Shown: positions 27,403 to 37,541 of the stretch, one piece after another
Layout of the letters: each line of letters starts with the position of its first letter
How positions within the stretch are numbered: the first letter of the stretch is position 1
Virus record (IMG/VR): IMGVR_UViG_3300031994_000005
Strand: one strand, 5' to 3'
DNA from: a virus
Length of the DNA: 64,000 nt
Notes under the pieces: model-generated
What the model was told of the DNA's origin: nothing
The model's input: the letters and a program-made list of their open reading frames with translations, nothing else
The model's database searches: none
Translations under genes and position numbers: made by a program

Positions 27403-28234
27403 GGAAGAAATAGTAAAATTTAACGAGAAACATATTGCACGGCAATTATCGGCTTGTGAAAGAAGAAAAATACACATTGATCTTAAAAATCCGAAAACAA
27501 TACAAGATAAACTTAATTGGCTTAATATATATGATGTCAATCCGCTAAAGTGGAAGTGTGCGGATAAGATACTTCTAAGAGATTATTGTAAGGAAGTGTT
27601 GGGCAAAGACTTATGCATACCAATTTTAAAGGTGTATAAGAGTGTATCTGAAATAAAATGGGATGAATTACCTGACAGTTTTGCAATCAAGTGCAATCAC
27701 GGCTCCGGAATGAATATCATTGTTAAGGATAAGAATAATTTTGACAAGAAAGGTGCAATAGAAAAACTTGACAAGTGGGTACATGAGGACTATGCATTCA
27801 GAAATGGTTTCGAATCACATTATCATTGGATTGAACCGAGAATATTTGCGGAAAAACTTATGTCCGATGACAAGCAGAAATTATCACTGTTTGATTACAA
27901 GTTTTGGTGTTTCAACGGAGAACCGAAAATTTGGACAATAAATGATGGAAACGGACACGGTGATATAATGTACTACAATATTGATGGTACTGAGATTAAT
28001 CTTTATGGTGTAAAGCATCATACGAATTACAAGCGGCCGTCAAATTTCAAGGAGATGGTTGAATTGTCAAAAAAACTTTCGAAGCCGTTTAAGTTTGTCA
28101 GAGTTGATTTCTATGAGATAAACGGAAAAACTTATCTTGGGGAATTGACATTTGTGCCCGGTGTAGGTTATTTTAAATATAAGAGAGATGAAGACGACAG
28201 GAGAATCGGAGACTTATTGTCTATCAAAGATTGA
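27386..28234 (+). CDS. TupA-like ATP-grasp protein (polysaccharide modification)
   Basis: NPKT..DKL.WL, ADK...R.Y, IK.NHGSG, DYKFWCFNGEP, FVRVDFY, GELTF.PG. Confidence 0.85.
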   Translation: MNIPSKEEIVKFNEKHIARQLSACERRKIHIDLKNPKTIQDKLNWLNIYDVNPLKWKCADKILLRDYCKEVLGKDLCIPILKVYKSVSEIKWDELPDSFAIKCNHGSGMNIIVKDKNNFDKKGAIEKLDKWVHEDYAFRNGFESHYHWIEPRIFAEKLMSDDKQKLSLFDYKFWCFNGEPKIWTINDGNGHGDIMYYNIDGTEINLYGVKHHTNYKRPSNFKEMVELSKKLSKPFKFVRVDFYEINGKTYLGELTFVPGVGYFKYKRDEDDRRIGDLLSIKD

Positions 28235-28375
28235 AATTACAGATTTGAGGTATTATCTCAATATGGTTAAACACAGTCTGCTTAATTTAAGGAAAAATAA
28301 TAACAGTAAAGAAATAAGAAGTGTCAATACAGAAATTGGCTTATTTAACATAGACAAGGCTATGGAAATTTTACA

Positions 28376-29899
28376 ATGAATATTTTGATCATACATTATA
28401 ATACACCTGAATTAACTTCTGCTTGTGTAAAGAGCATTAACCACTTTAACAAGGATGTTAAAATATACATATTTGACAACAGTGACAAAAAACCATTTGT
28501 CAACACATTTGATAATGTTAAGATAATCGATAATAGAAAAGGGCAGATTGTAAATTTTGATGAGGAACTGAAGAAATATCCCAATCGTATGAAATCTCTT
28601 GGCAGACACTCGAAATTCGGAAGTTTTAAACATTGTCTGTCTGTGGATAAGTGTTTTGAAATAATTAACGACAATTTCATTCTAATGGACAGCGACATCT
28701 TAATTAAAAGAGATGTCAGTGAATTATATGATGACTCATACATATTTGTCGGAGAAGTCAAGGAGTGGTCTTGGGGAATAATTCATAATAAACAAGCCCC
28801 AATACACAATAGGGTTGATCCGAGATTGTCTTTCATCAATGTGAAAATGGCGAAGGAACACGGCATAAGATACTTTGATGAAAAACATATGGATGGTACA
28901 TATTATACGGATTTGGATTCGGATTCTTATGACACCGGTTGTTGGTTCTATGAAAAATCGATTGGTTTGAACAGCAAGGAGGTAAAAATTGACAACTATA
29001 TGATTCATTTCGGTGGTGCATCATACTCTTCAGTCGGCGTTAAGTGCAAAATGACTAAGGAAAAATGGTTGGAAAAAAACAAGTCTCTTTGGCACTATAT
29101 TGTCAAAAGGAAGAAAAAGAATGTAATATACACCTGTCTTACGGGTGGTTATGATGTATTGGAGGACCCAAAGGTGGTGTCTGAGGATTTCAACTATATA
29201 TGTTATACGGATGATGACACATTGACGAGTGACATATGGGAATTCCGTAAAATTCCTGAGAAACTTTCCGGTTTGTCAAATCAATTGAAGAACAGATACA
29301 TTAAGATTAATGCACACGAATTCTTCCCTGACTATGATTTGTCAATTTATATTGACTCGAATGTTGAATTAAAGAAAGACGTAAATGAATTGTTGAATAA
29401 ATATTGTGGTGATGGTGATGTATTTTTCTACAAACATCCGTCAAGAAAGTGCATTTATGATGAAATGGATGCCGTTCTCAGGATAAAGAAAGACAAACCA
29501 GAGAATGTTAATCCACAAAGGGAGAGATACAAGAAAGAGGGCTATCCTGAAAAGAACGGTCTTTCTCAAAACAACATCATAATAAGAAGGCACAACACTG
29601 AAAACTGTAAGAAACTGATGACCACATGGTGGGAAGAATTAGGCAGGGGTTCTTATAGAGATCAATTATGTTTGTTTTATGTCCTGTGGAAAAACAAGGA
29701 TTTAAATGCGACTATACTTGACGTTAATCTCGGTAATTGTGATTATTTCCGTTGGAGGGGCGGGCATAGTAAAAAGAGGATGCCACCTAAAAAGACAGAA
29801 ACAGCAAAAAAAATACCGACAATATCCACAAGGGATAAAACAGTTAAACGCAAAATAAGGAAACTAAGCGAGAATTCAGTATATCAATTGAGATTATAA
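28376..29899 (+). CDS. Two-domain glycosyltransferase (GT-A/GT2-like plus DUF616-like)
   Basis: IHYNT...FDNSD...MDSD; then IYTCLTGGYD, YIDSN, HPSR.CIY.E, RDQL. Confidence 0.8.
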   Translation: MNILIIHYNTPELTSACVKSINHFNKDVKIYIFDNSDKKPFVNTFDNVKIIDNRKGQIVNFDEELKKYPNRMKSLGRHSKFGSFKHCLSVDKCFEIINDNFILMDSDILIKRDVSELYDDSYIFVGEVKEWSWGIIHNKQAPIHNRVDPRLSFINVKMAKEHGIRYFDEKHMDGTYYTDLDSDSYDTGCWFYEKSIGLNSKEVKIDNYMIHFGGASYSSVGVKCKMTKEKWLEKNKSLWHYIVKRKKKNVIYTCLTGGYDVLEDPKVVSEDFNYICYTDDDTLTSDIWEFRKIPEKLSGLSNQLKNRYIKINAHEFFPDYDLSIYIDSNVELKKDVNELLNKYCGDGDVFFYKHPSRKCIYDEMDAVLRIKKDKPENVNPQRERYKKEGYPEKNGLSQNNIIIRRHNTENCKKLMTTWWEELGRGSYRDQLCLFYVLWKNKDLNATILDVNLGNCDYFRWRGGHSKKRMPPKKTETAKKIPTISTRDKTVKRKIRKLSENSVYQLRL

Positions 29900-29900
29900 T

Positions 29901-30566
29901 ATGAATAACAATGTTATATATACGTGTATAACCGCAGTATATGATGAAATAGAAAACCCGAATTTTATTAGTGATGGCTTTGATTATGTCTGCTATACGG
30001 ATAATGAAAATTTAAAAAGTGACGTTTGGGAAATAAGGAAAATCCCTGAAACTTTGTCTGATTTAAGCGATGCCAAGAAAAACCGTTATGTAAAAACACA
30101 TCCACACGAGTTCTTTCCGGAATATGATATTTCAATTTATATTGATGGTAATGTAATACAAAATGGCGATGTAAATGAACTTATAGAAAAGGAATGCACT
30201 GAAGGTTCAATCTTTTTCTATGAACACCCATATGAAGATTGTATATATGATGAATTGTACACACTGACATTTTCCCTAAAGGAGAGTTTGGAAATGATTA
30301 ATAAATTACGTAAAAGATACAGAATGGAAAAATTCCCAAGACATTTTGGCCTGTCACAGAATAATATAATAATACGAAGGCATAATGAATATGACTGTAT
30401 TTGGCTAATGGAGCGTTGGTGGGAGGAAATAAAAGAAAACTCGCATAGAGATCAAGTCTCCTTATTTTACGTGTTATGGAAAACACCCGGTGTTAGTATT
30501 AAACTTATTGACTATGATTTGTCATCTTCGAAGTATTTTTCTGTGAAGACACATAGTTGGTGTTGA
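29901..30566 (+). CDS. DUF616-like glycosyltransferase
   Basis: Paralog of the preceding C-terminal domain (IYTCIT..YD, YIDGN, RDQVS). Confidence 0.8.
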   Translation: MNNNVIYTCITAVYDEIENPNFISDGFDYVCYTDNENLKSDVWEIRKIPETLSDLSDAKKNRYVKTHPHEFFPEYDISIYIDGNVIQNGDVNELIEKECTEGSIFFYEHPYEDCIYDELYTLTFSLKESLEMINKLRKRYRMEKFPRHFGLSQNNIIIRRHNEYDCIWLMERWWEEIKENSHRDQVSLFYVLWKTPGVSIKLIDYDLSSSKYFSVKTHSWC

Positions 30567-30601
30567 TTTTTTTGTATATTTACCACAAAAGTGTTAAAAA
30601 T

Positions 30602-31411
30602 ATGTTTGAAAAAGTTAATCCCGCACACCCTGATAAGGTTGCGGACAGAATTGCCGGTGCCATTGTTGATTTGGCATATAAGAAAGATGACAACCCCAAG
30701 GTTGCTGTTGAGGTTCTAATAGGACACGGAGAATGTAATATCATAATTGAAAGTAATGTTTCATTTTCTGAGTCTGAAATTTCAGATATTGTTGGAAGAA
30801 TTGCAGGTAAACAGTCCTTAAATTTAAAATGTGTGAAACAGGATGAACATTTGGCGGATAATCAGACAAACGGAATACGTTGCGGTGACAATGGTATTTT
30901 CAAGGGTTGTCCGATAACACACGAGGAAAATCTGTTGACAAGTCTTTCCAAGATTCTCTATGACACATTCCACAGTGACGGAAAATATTTCATTGATGGT
31001 AATAATATCACAATCTGCCAATCAAACGCATATGGCGTTGACATAAAGGAATTGTGGGGAAATGATAATTTTAATCTAAAAGTCAACCCGCTTGGCGATT
31101 GGGATGGTGGAACCAATGTCGATTGCGGAGCAACAAATAGAAAGTTGGGTTCTGATATGGGCGGTGCTGTTACCGGTGGTGGTCTTCACGGAAAGGATTT
31201 GTCAAAGGCTGATGTCACATTGAATATCTATTGTTTCCTGAAGGCGAATGATATAACAAATTACAACTCCGTACCATATGAACTATCCTGTTCAATTGGG
31301 GATGAGTTTGTAGATGGGAAGCCATATTCCGAAATAGTGGAGATTGCGAGGAAATACATTAATGACATTGGCGGTTTCGAAAAGTTTGCGGAATGGGGGT
31401 TGATAAGATAA
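30602..31411 (+). CDS. metK: Minimal S-adenosylmethionine synthetase
   Basis: E.V...HPDK.AD.I..AIVD, GD.G, G.T.RK, GGG..GKD.SK.D; only about 269 aa. Confidence 0.8.
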   Translation: MFEKVNPAHPDKVADRIAGAIVDLAYKKDDNPKVAVEVLIGHGECNIIIESNVSFSESEISDIVGRIAGKQSLNLKCVKQDEHLADNQTNGIRCGDNGIFKGCPITHEENLLTSLSKILYDTFHSDGKYFIDGNNITICQSNAYGVDIKELWGNDNFNLKVNPLGDWDGGTNVDCGATNRKLGSDMGGAVTGGGLHGKDLSKADVTLNIYCFLKANDITNYNSVPYELSCSIGDEFVDGKPYSEIVEIARKYINDIGGFEKFAEWGLIR

Positions 31412-31441
31412 TTAATGCGGGCAGTGATGTCCGCATTTTTT

Positions 31442-31657
31442 TTAAAGTCTCTTGCTGATTCTGCCTTTAGTAAGGTCATATTCGCTTAGTTCAACGCATA
31501 CTCTGTCTCCTGGTACAATTTTAATATAATTTATTCTCATCTTTCCTGACAGGAAACAGGTTATGACAAAACCATTGTCTAATTCAACTTTAAAATTTGC
31601 ATTGGATAGAGCCTCCAATACTGTTCCGTTAATTTCTAAGTTTTTTGTTTTTGGCAT
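31442..31657 (-). CDS. infA: Translation initiation factor IF-1
   Basis: G.V.EAL.NA.FKVEL.NG...[26 protein letters not shown]. Confidence 0.95.
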   Translation of the reverse strand: MPKTKNLEINGTVLEALSNANFKVELDNGFVITCFLSGKMRINYIKIVPGDRVCVELSEYDLTKGRISKRL

Positions 31658-31663
31658 ATTTTA

Positions 31664-32530
31664 TTATCTTTCTATTTTTATTTTTCCATAATTCATTTTC
31701 AAGTATTTTAAAAAGCTTTTCGATTCGGGCTTCTTGTAATCGATTTTTCTACACCAAAATGAATTCTTAAGTTCATATTCGCTCATTTCGATACCCTTTT
31801 TTAAAAAATCAGTCGATAACGTATTTGGCGAACCATTGTTAGTTCTTTCGCCATAATCACCCCACAGTATGAATCTTGAGTGAAAGTGTGTCTCTTTTTC
31901 CATATCGTCAATGATGAAGTTAACTATGTAGGTATGCAACACAATTTCATCAATTGCACCGCTACCATTCGGTTTACCTATTAGTCCGTTTTCCCAATCA
32001 TCACATATTCTTTCAAACAAATGTTTTTTTATTGTCTTTGACAATGTCTTATGCGACAATGACAGCCATTGCGGTCCCTTATATACATTTTTAATACCCG
32101 TTTTTTCATCGAAAATATTTTCTGAAAGCATTTCCAAACCAATCAAATTTGTATCGGGATTTTCTTTGAAGAAGTCCAAAAATATATCTTTATCCTTATA
32201 CAAATAACACGATTCAGATACAATATGATACATACAATATGTGTCAGTCTCTATGGCACGTCTGAAAAGGTGAAACTCTGATAACAGGAGTTCAAAACTG
32301 TATCTTTTCGCTTGATACTCGTGTCCCACATATTTTATATTATTCATTTCAGTAAGTTTTCCGACATATTGTCTGAAGCCTGAAACGGAATGTGACAATA
32401 TGTCTTCATATGTCTTTCCATCCACATGCACAAAAATGTCAAATATGTCTTGATATTCGGAATATTGTTTGATGTTTTCAACCAAGTAATCCACACCATA
32501 GGAAGACAATATTAGTATTGCGTGTTTCAT
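31664..32530 (-). CDS. Core-2/I-branching (GT14-like) glycosyltransferase
   Basis: HAILI, VHVD, SESC, KG.QW.SL, DE, RFI.W...SP.TL, RK.D motifs. Confidence 0.65.
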   Translation of the reverse strand: MKHAILILSSYGVDYLVENIKQYSEYQDIFDIFVHVDGKTYEDILSHSVSGFRQYVGKLTEMNNIKYVGHEYQAKRYSFELLLSEFHLFRRAIETDTYCMYHIVSESCYLYKDKDIFLDFFKENPDTNLIGLEMLSENIFDEKTGIKNVYKGPQWLSLSHKTLSKTIKKHLFERICDDWENGLIGKPNGSGAIDEIVLHTYIVNFIIDDMEKETHFHSRFILWGDYGERTNNGSPNTLSTDFLKKGIEMSEYELKNSFWCRKIDYKKPESKSFLKYLKMNYGKIKIER

Positions 32531-32604
32531 TTATTTCTTTTTATGTTAAATATAAACATTTTTTTCTTCAAAGAAAAGTATTTATAAAAAAATGTTTAAT
32601 AATT

Positions 32605-33300
32605 ATGCAGTTAACTGAAGTCAAAAAGGGTCATATAGGTTCCGGTTTGCTTTTGGAGAATGATGGTTATGTTTCCCTTGACGACAAAGAAAATAGACTT
32701 ATAAAAGAGTCATTGGAAAATGGAACGCAGGAACTACCTAATCCGTTCGTACTTTCAGCTGTATTCCAAAAGTTCGGAATAGAGAATGCCAACGGAAGAA
32801 TTTATCCTGAAGACATATTAAAAAGAGAAGTTTCAAAATATCAGAAAGCGATAGAAGAAAGACGCGCATATGGAGAATTGAACCATCCCGAATCATCATG
32901 CATTGATCTTGGCAGGGTTGCCATTAACATACTTGAACAACATTGGGAGGGACATACTCTCGTAGGAAAACTTGAGATACCAATAAGTGAAGGTTTCAGG
33001 AAACACGGAATTGTCTCAACCTGTGCGGATATGGCGGCACAATGGCTAATCTCAGGACTTAAAATCGGCGTATCATCAAGAGGACTTGGTTCTGTTAAAC
33101 AGGAATTTGGAAAACTTGTTGTGGGTGATGACTATGAAATAGTATGTTGGGATGTGGTTGCACAACCATCAACTCCCGGTGCGTGGATGGATACTGATCC
33201 AGGTAAATTAAGACAATATGTTGAATCTGAAGAGAAGAATGGTGGCCTCATAAAAGAGGACAGTTTCACAAAATTTGATAAGTGGCTATTAAACGGTTAA
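32605..33300 (+). CDS. Prohead core protease (T4 gp21-like)
   Basis: NANGRIYP, AYGELNHP, GVSSRGLGS, DVVAQPSTPGA. Confidence 0.92.
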   Translation: MQLTEVKKGHIGSGLLLENDGYVSLDDKENRLIKESLENGTQELPNPFVLSAVFQKFGIENANGRIYPEDILKREVSKYQKAIEERRAYGELNHPESSCIDLGRVAINILEQHWEGHTLVGKLEIPISEGFRKHGIVSTCADMAAQWLISGLKIGVSSRGLGSVKQEFGKLVVGDDYEIVCWDVVAQPSTPGAWMDTDPGKLRQYVESEEKNGGLIKEDSFTKFDKWLLNG

Positions 33301-33309
33301 TATTATACA

Positions 33310-33666
33310 ATGAGAATCACAGAAGGAAAATTAAGAAGTTTAATACGTGAGAGCATAATGAATGTATTAAATGAAGATATGAGGACACATACATATGATC
33401 GTTTTCTCGATGATGACGATTTTATTGCGGTTGCAGCAAACGTACAAGAAAGATTCATTTCAATGGGTGTATCCATTGAAGATTTTATGGACGAAGAATG
33501 TAGAGAAAGACTTTTAGACGAAATAGAAGAGAGCGTATATGACTTTTTGAATTATGAAGCCTGTGATGATTTCAGTTATAAATATGGTGATATAAGTTAT
33601 GCGGGAATGTTAAATCTTCGTGAACACATATTGGACTTTTTAGAGGAAAAATTCAGAGAAAAATAA
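33310..33666 (+). CDS. Hypothetical protein with leader motif
   Basis: MRITEGKLRSLIRESIMNVLNED. Confidence 0.8.
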   Translation: MRITEGKLRSLIRESIMNVLNEDMRTHTYDRFLDDDDFIAVAANVQERFISMGVSIEDFMDEECRERLLDEIEESVYDFLNYEACDDFSYKYGDISYAGMLNLREHILDFLEEKFREK

Positions 33667-33775
33667 TAAAAATACATAAAAAAATATTGTTTTTTACAAA
33701 AAAATCGCATTTATAGCGTTTTTTCTTTTTCTTTATGTATTTATCAATAAATAAAATATCAATTAATTGAGCATT

Positions 33776-35293
33776 ATGAAGAAAAATAATACGGCAGAAA
33801 AAACCATCCTTGAGGCCGAAAAATTATCGGAAGCCCTTAAGGAAGGTACTCACAATTCACTCAAGGATATTATGAATGAAGCCATTAACCGCTTCATCAC
33901 AGAATCCGAAGATGTAGATGACGAGGACAAGTTTGAGGTAGAAGATGTCGATACCGAAGAAATTCCTTCATCTGACGATACTTGCTGCAAGGACGGCGAG
34001 TGTATGAATGACACCGAAGAAGGTGATAAGGACGATGACGATTGGTCAGATATGGAAGAGTACAAGGTTGGTGACAATGATTATGATTTCACAGGCGTAG
34101 AGGGGGACGACATCCTTAAGGTTTACAACAAACTCGGAGATGACGATCAAATCTTTGTAAAAAAGGACGAGGATGGAAACTACGAGGTTAAGGATGAAGA
34201 GACCGGTGCTGAATATGTGATTGAACTTAATGCCGATCCCGATGAATCTGACAAAGCCGATTCAGATTTTGGTGACGAGGATAATGAAATTGAAATCGAA
34301 ATGGATTCCGATTCTGAACCCGAGGACACAGACGATGAGGTTGAATTTGAATTCGGTGACGATGAAGACAATGAAAATGAGGAGGACGACGAAATGTTAA
34401 ATGAAACAGAATTGGGTTACACAAACACCTATCAAGATGATGTTATGCCGGGTCTTAATATGAACGAACCCGCAAATCCTAAAGCAACCTATTCTATGGA
34501 CGGCGGTGTGCCTAATGGTAACAAGAGACCTTACTCAGGTTATGAGAAGAAAGACGGCGACCCATTCAAGGATGAGGTTTCTGAAGGTCTTGATGAAAAT
34601 CCCGCCGCTCTTGCAGCATTAGGTGGTGCTGAAGGTGGTGCACTTGCAGGTTTTGCTGACGGTATGGCTGTTGGAGGTGCATTACAGGCAGTGGGTAATA
34701 ATGGCGGTGAAAATGAATCAGCCATTGAAGAGGGCATGATTGATGAGGCCGGCGAAAGCAGGGGACAAGTTCAACGTCGTTCTACCGCTAAATCTTATGT
34801 TCAGGATAATGATTCTCCTGATATAAAAAACACAAGAAACGCAAGTAAAAAAGGTGAAAAGGTAAACGGTACTGAAAGACCAATCTCTGAATCTTTCGTT
34901 CGTGCAATCGTTTCAAAGGCAAAACAGATTCAAAACGAGAACAAGCAATATGAAGATGCTCTTGCTAAAATCAAGGTAAGTTTGAAGGAAGCCGCAGTGC
35001 TTAACGTCAATCTTGCCCAGATTGTAAAACTCCTGAGCGAAAATACAACAAACGCTTCTGAGAAGAAGTCAATCGTTGAACGTTTCAGTGGTGTTAAGAC
35101 AATCAAGGAGAGTAAAATGCTTTATGATACAATTAAGCGTGAATTAAGTTCAAACGGCAATTCAACCGTTATGCTCGAACAGCAAATTTCGGCTAATGGT
35201 TCAAATGCCCTGAATGAAACCACAATGTATCAGAACACCGAATCCAACCCATCATTGGATTTAATGAACAGGTTGGATAACCTTTACAAATAA
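33776..35293 (+). CDS. Prohead core/scaffold protein (gp22-like)
   Basis: Highly acidic, C-terminal coiled coil, located between protease and capsid. Confidence 0.75.
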   Translation: MKKNNTAEKTILEAEKLSEALKEGTHNSLKDIMNEAINRFITESEDVDDEDKFEVEDVDTEEIPSSDDTCCKDGECMNDTEEGDKDDDDWSDMEEYKVGDNDYDFTGVEGDDILKVYNKLGDDDQIFVKKDEDGNYEVKDEETGAEYVIELNADPDESDKADSDFGDEDNEIEIEMDSDSEPEDTDDEVEFEFGDDEDNENEEDDEMLNETELGYTNTYQDDVMPGLNMNEPANPKATYSMDGGVPNGNKRPYSGYEKKDGDPFKDEVSEGLDENPAALAALGGAEGGALAGFADGMAVGGALQAVGNNGGENESAIEEGMIDEAGESRGQVQRRSTAKSYVQDNDSPDIKNTRNASKKGEKVNGTERPISESFVRAIVSKAKQIQNENKQYEDALAKIKVSLKEAAVLNVNLAQIVKLLSENTTNASEKKSIVERFSGVKTIKESKMLYDTIKRELSSNGNSTVMLEQQISANGSNALNETTMYQNTESNPSLDLMNRLDNLYK

Positions 35294-35327
35294 AAATAAA
35301 GAAAAAACAAATTAAAAATAGACAATT

Positions 35328-37280
35328 ATGATTTCAAATTTTTTACAATCAAGCCAGGTTGGTAACATTAGCGCCAACAAGGCCACTGAGGCTAGAAAGC
35401 AAATCAGCGAACGTTGGGAGGGCTTAGGCTTTACCAAGGGTCTTAAGGGCTACCTTAAGGAAAACATGGCAATTCTTTTTGAAAATCAGGCAAATACCCT
35501 TTTGAACGAATCTACAGACGCTCAAAACAGCGGTTCTTTCGAAACTGTAGTATTCCCATTGGTACGCCGTGTGTTCTCAAGATTGCTTGCTAATGACATC
35601 GTATCCGTACAGGCTATGAATATGCCTATCGGTAAGTTGTTCTTCATCCTCCCTGTAACTTCAGAGAGAAAGTGGGAAGGCGACCCTGAAAATCCAGAAG
35701 GTGCAACAGGTTCACACTATGGTCTTATGGGCTATGAGAGAACTGAGCGTCGTGACGGTTCAACTCGCAACCGCTACTATCTCCCCGATGAGGTTGTAAA
35801 CGGCATTGAAGATACTTTCACTGTTGAGTATGACGTTACCGAATCAGGTATCACTCGTCGTGAAGAGGTTATCAAGGACACCTATGAAGAGGCTAAGGAA
35901 TTTGCAAAGACCGTTAACGGTCACGTACACCAAACTGCTCCTGAGGTTGTTCACTACATGAAGAAGTCACTCTATGACCTTTTCTACAATGACTTCCTCT
36001 TCGACCAGTCAAAGGGTAAGATTCACATAAAGGTTGGTGAAATCGAGGCTGCTAAGATTGCCTTCAATGGTGATTATGTTAAGCCAAGCGAACTCAAAGT
36101 TTGCGGTATCGACGATTCAATCCGTAACGTGATTGTTTCTGTAGGCGGTTTCTCTTCTTTCCGTGCTTCTAAGCTCACCGGTCCTGACGGAAACGAAATG
36201 GATACTGAAGCTTTCTTGGCTTCTCTGAAGGTCGTTACCAAGAAGGAAATTGGTACAACAGGTGAAACTGAATTCTCTTGCTTCAAGAAATTCGAACCTG
36301 TACACTTCCGTTGCGTAACACAGCGTTATGGCAAGGGTCTCGTTGAATATGGTGACATCTGCGACGCCGATGGTAAGATTTACCTCGAACTCGATCTCAC
36401 CAAGCCAACAAGACAGCCTGGTAAGACAATTGACGGTTATGTTGGTGTAAATCCTGCTGACCTCACAATCGACGCTCTCGCTGACACATTCCAAGTTGCT
36501 TGGGCACAGTACGACAGCCTCGAACTCGAAACCGAAATCGGTGAAGTTTCTTTCAAACTCTCTGATGTTACCGTTTCAGTTGAGGAGCGCAAACTTCGTG
36601 CCACTTGGTCACCTGAACTCGCTCAGGACGTTGCTGCTTTCCACAACATCGATGCTGAGGCTGAGTTGACCGCTATCCTCTCAGAGCAAATCGCTGCTGA
36701 GATTGACCGTGAGATTCTCCGCGACCTGCGTAAGGGTTCTCCTTGGCAGATTAAGTGGGACTACAATGGTTGGAGAAGAATGGGTGGTTTCTCTACTAAC
36801 TACACTCAGAAGGACTGGAACCAAATGTTGATGACTAAGATCAACCAGATCTCTGCTCAGATTCATAAGGCTACTCTCCGTGGCGGTGCTAACTTCGTAG
36901 TTGTTTCTACTGAGATTTCCGCAGTTCTGAATGACCTCGAGTACTTCCACGTAACCGACGCTAACGCTGAGGCTGTGAACTACTCAATGGGTATTGAGAA
37001 GGTTGGTTCATTACAGGGCCGTTATCAGGTTTATGTTGACCCATATTCTCCAGCAGAAAGCGCACTTGTTGGTCATAAGGGCGATAGCCTGTTAGATACA
37101 GGTTACATCTATGCTCCATATGTACCAATGCAGTTGACCCCAACTATTTACAACAGTGCAAACTTCGCACCTGTTAAGGGTATCATCACTCGTTACGCTA
37201 AGAAGATGGTTAACAACCGTTACTATGGCGCAATCGTTGTGAACGGTCTCCAAACTTGGGATATCAACGAACTGAGATAG
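35328..37280 (+). CDS. Major capsid protein (T4 gp23-like)
   Basis: FPLVRR, IVSVQAM..P.G..F, RKLRA.WS.ELAQD..A.H.IDAEAEL, EIDRE, YAPYVP, TRY. Confidence 0.96.
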   Translation: MISNFLQSSQVGNISANKATEARKQISERWEGLGFTKGLKGYLKENMAILFENQANTLLNESTDAQNSGSFETVVFPLVRRVFSRLLANDIVSVQAMNMPIGKLFFILPVTSERKWEGDPENPEGATGSHYGLMGYERTERRDGSTRNRYYLPDEVVNGIEDTFTVEYDVTESGITRREEVIKDTYEEAKEFAKTVNGHVHQTAPEVVHYMKKSLYDLFYNDFLFDQSKGKIHIKVGEIEAAKIAFNGDYVKPSELKVCGIDDSIRNVIVSVGGFSSFRASKLTGPDGNEMDTEAFLASLKVVTKKEIGTTGETEFSCFKKFEPVHFRCVTQRYGKGLVEYGDICDADGKIYLELDLTKPTRQPGKTIDGYVGVNPADLTIDALADTFQVAWAQYDSLELETEIGEVSFKLSDVTVSVEERKLRATWSPELAQDVAAFHNIDAEAELTAILSEQIAAEIDREILRDLRKGSPWQIKWDYNGWRRMGGFSTNYTQKDWNQMLMTKINQISAQIHKATLRGGANFVVVSTEISAVLNDLEYFHVTDANAEAVNYSMGIEKVGSLQGRYQVYVDPYSPAESALVGHKGDSLLDTGYIYAPYVPMQLTPTIYNSANFAPVKGIITRYAKKMVNNRYYGAIVVNGLQTWDINELR

Positions 37281-37299
37281 TCTTAAAGACACTCACTAT

Positions 37300-37335
37300 A
37301 AAAAAAGAGGCTTTTTTAGAGCCTCTTTTTTTTTT
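37300..37335. terminator. Bidirectional terminator after the capsid gene
   Basis: aaaaaagaggct/agcctctttttt. Confidence 0.8.
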
Positions 37336-37349
37336 CATAAACTTTGCAA

Positions 37350-37385
37350 GGAAACCCACGAATCTTTAGTTCGTGGGTAGTTGAC
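37350..37385. mobile_element. Solitary IS200/IS605-family end-like palindrome
   Basis: gaaACCCACGAAtctttagTTCGTGGGTagttgac resembles TnpB/IscB-associated element ends; no transposase nearby. Confidence 0.5.
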
Positions 37386-37516
37386 TATCTAAATGGTCTC
37401 TTGACCAATTTCCTTTTTGCGGTTACCCTCGGTTGCCTTTGTGGTGTTGAGGGTCTTTTTGTAACCTGTCTTACTGTTGATGAACCACTTTTTGATTTGC
37501 TACATCCACATGCCAT
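37385..37516 (-). CDS. 43-aa basic peptide (MACGCSKSK...), below the ORF-track cutoff
   Basis: Open frame directly after the terminase gene with an A-rich leader; K/R-rich. Confidence 0.65.
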   Translation of the reverse strand: MACGCSKSKSGSSTVRQVTKRPSTPQRQPRVTAKRKLVKRPFR

Positions 37517-37541
37517 ATTTTCTTTCCTATTTTTTCCTATT

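Noticed and set aside
28188..28379. Small ORF between the TupA-like and GT genes
   Set aside because: Could be real from ATG 28263 but has no recognisable features; insufficient support
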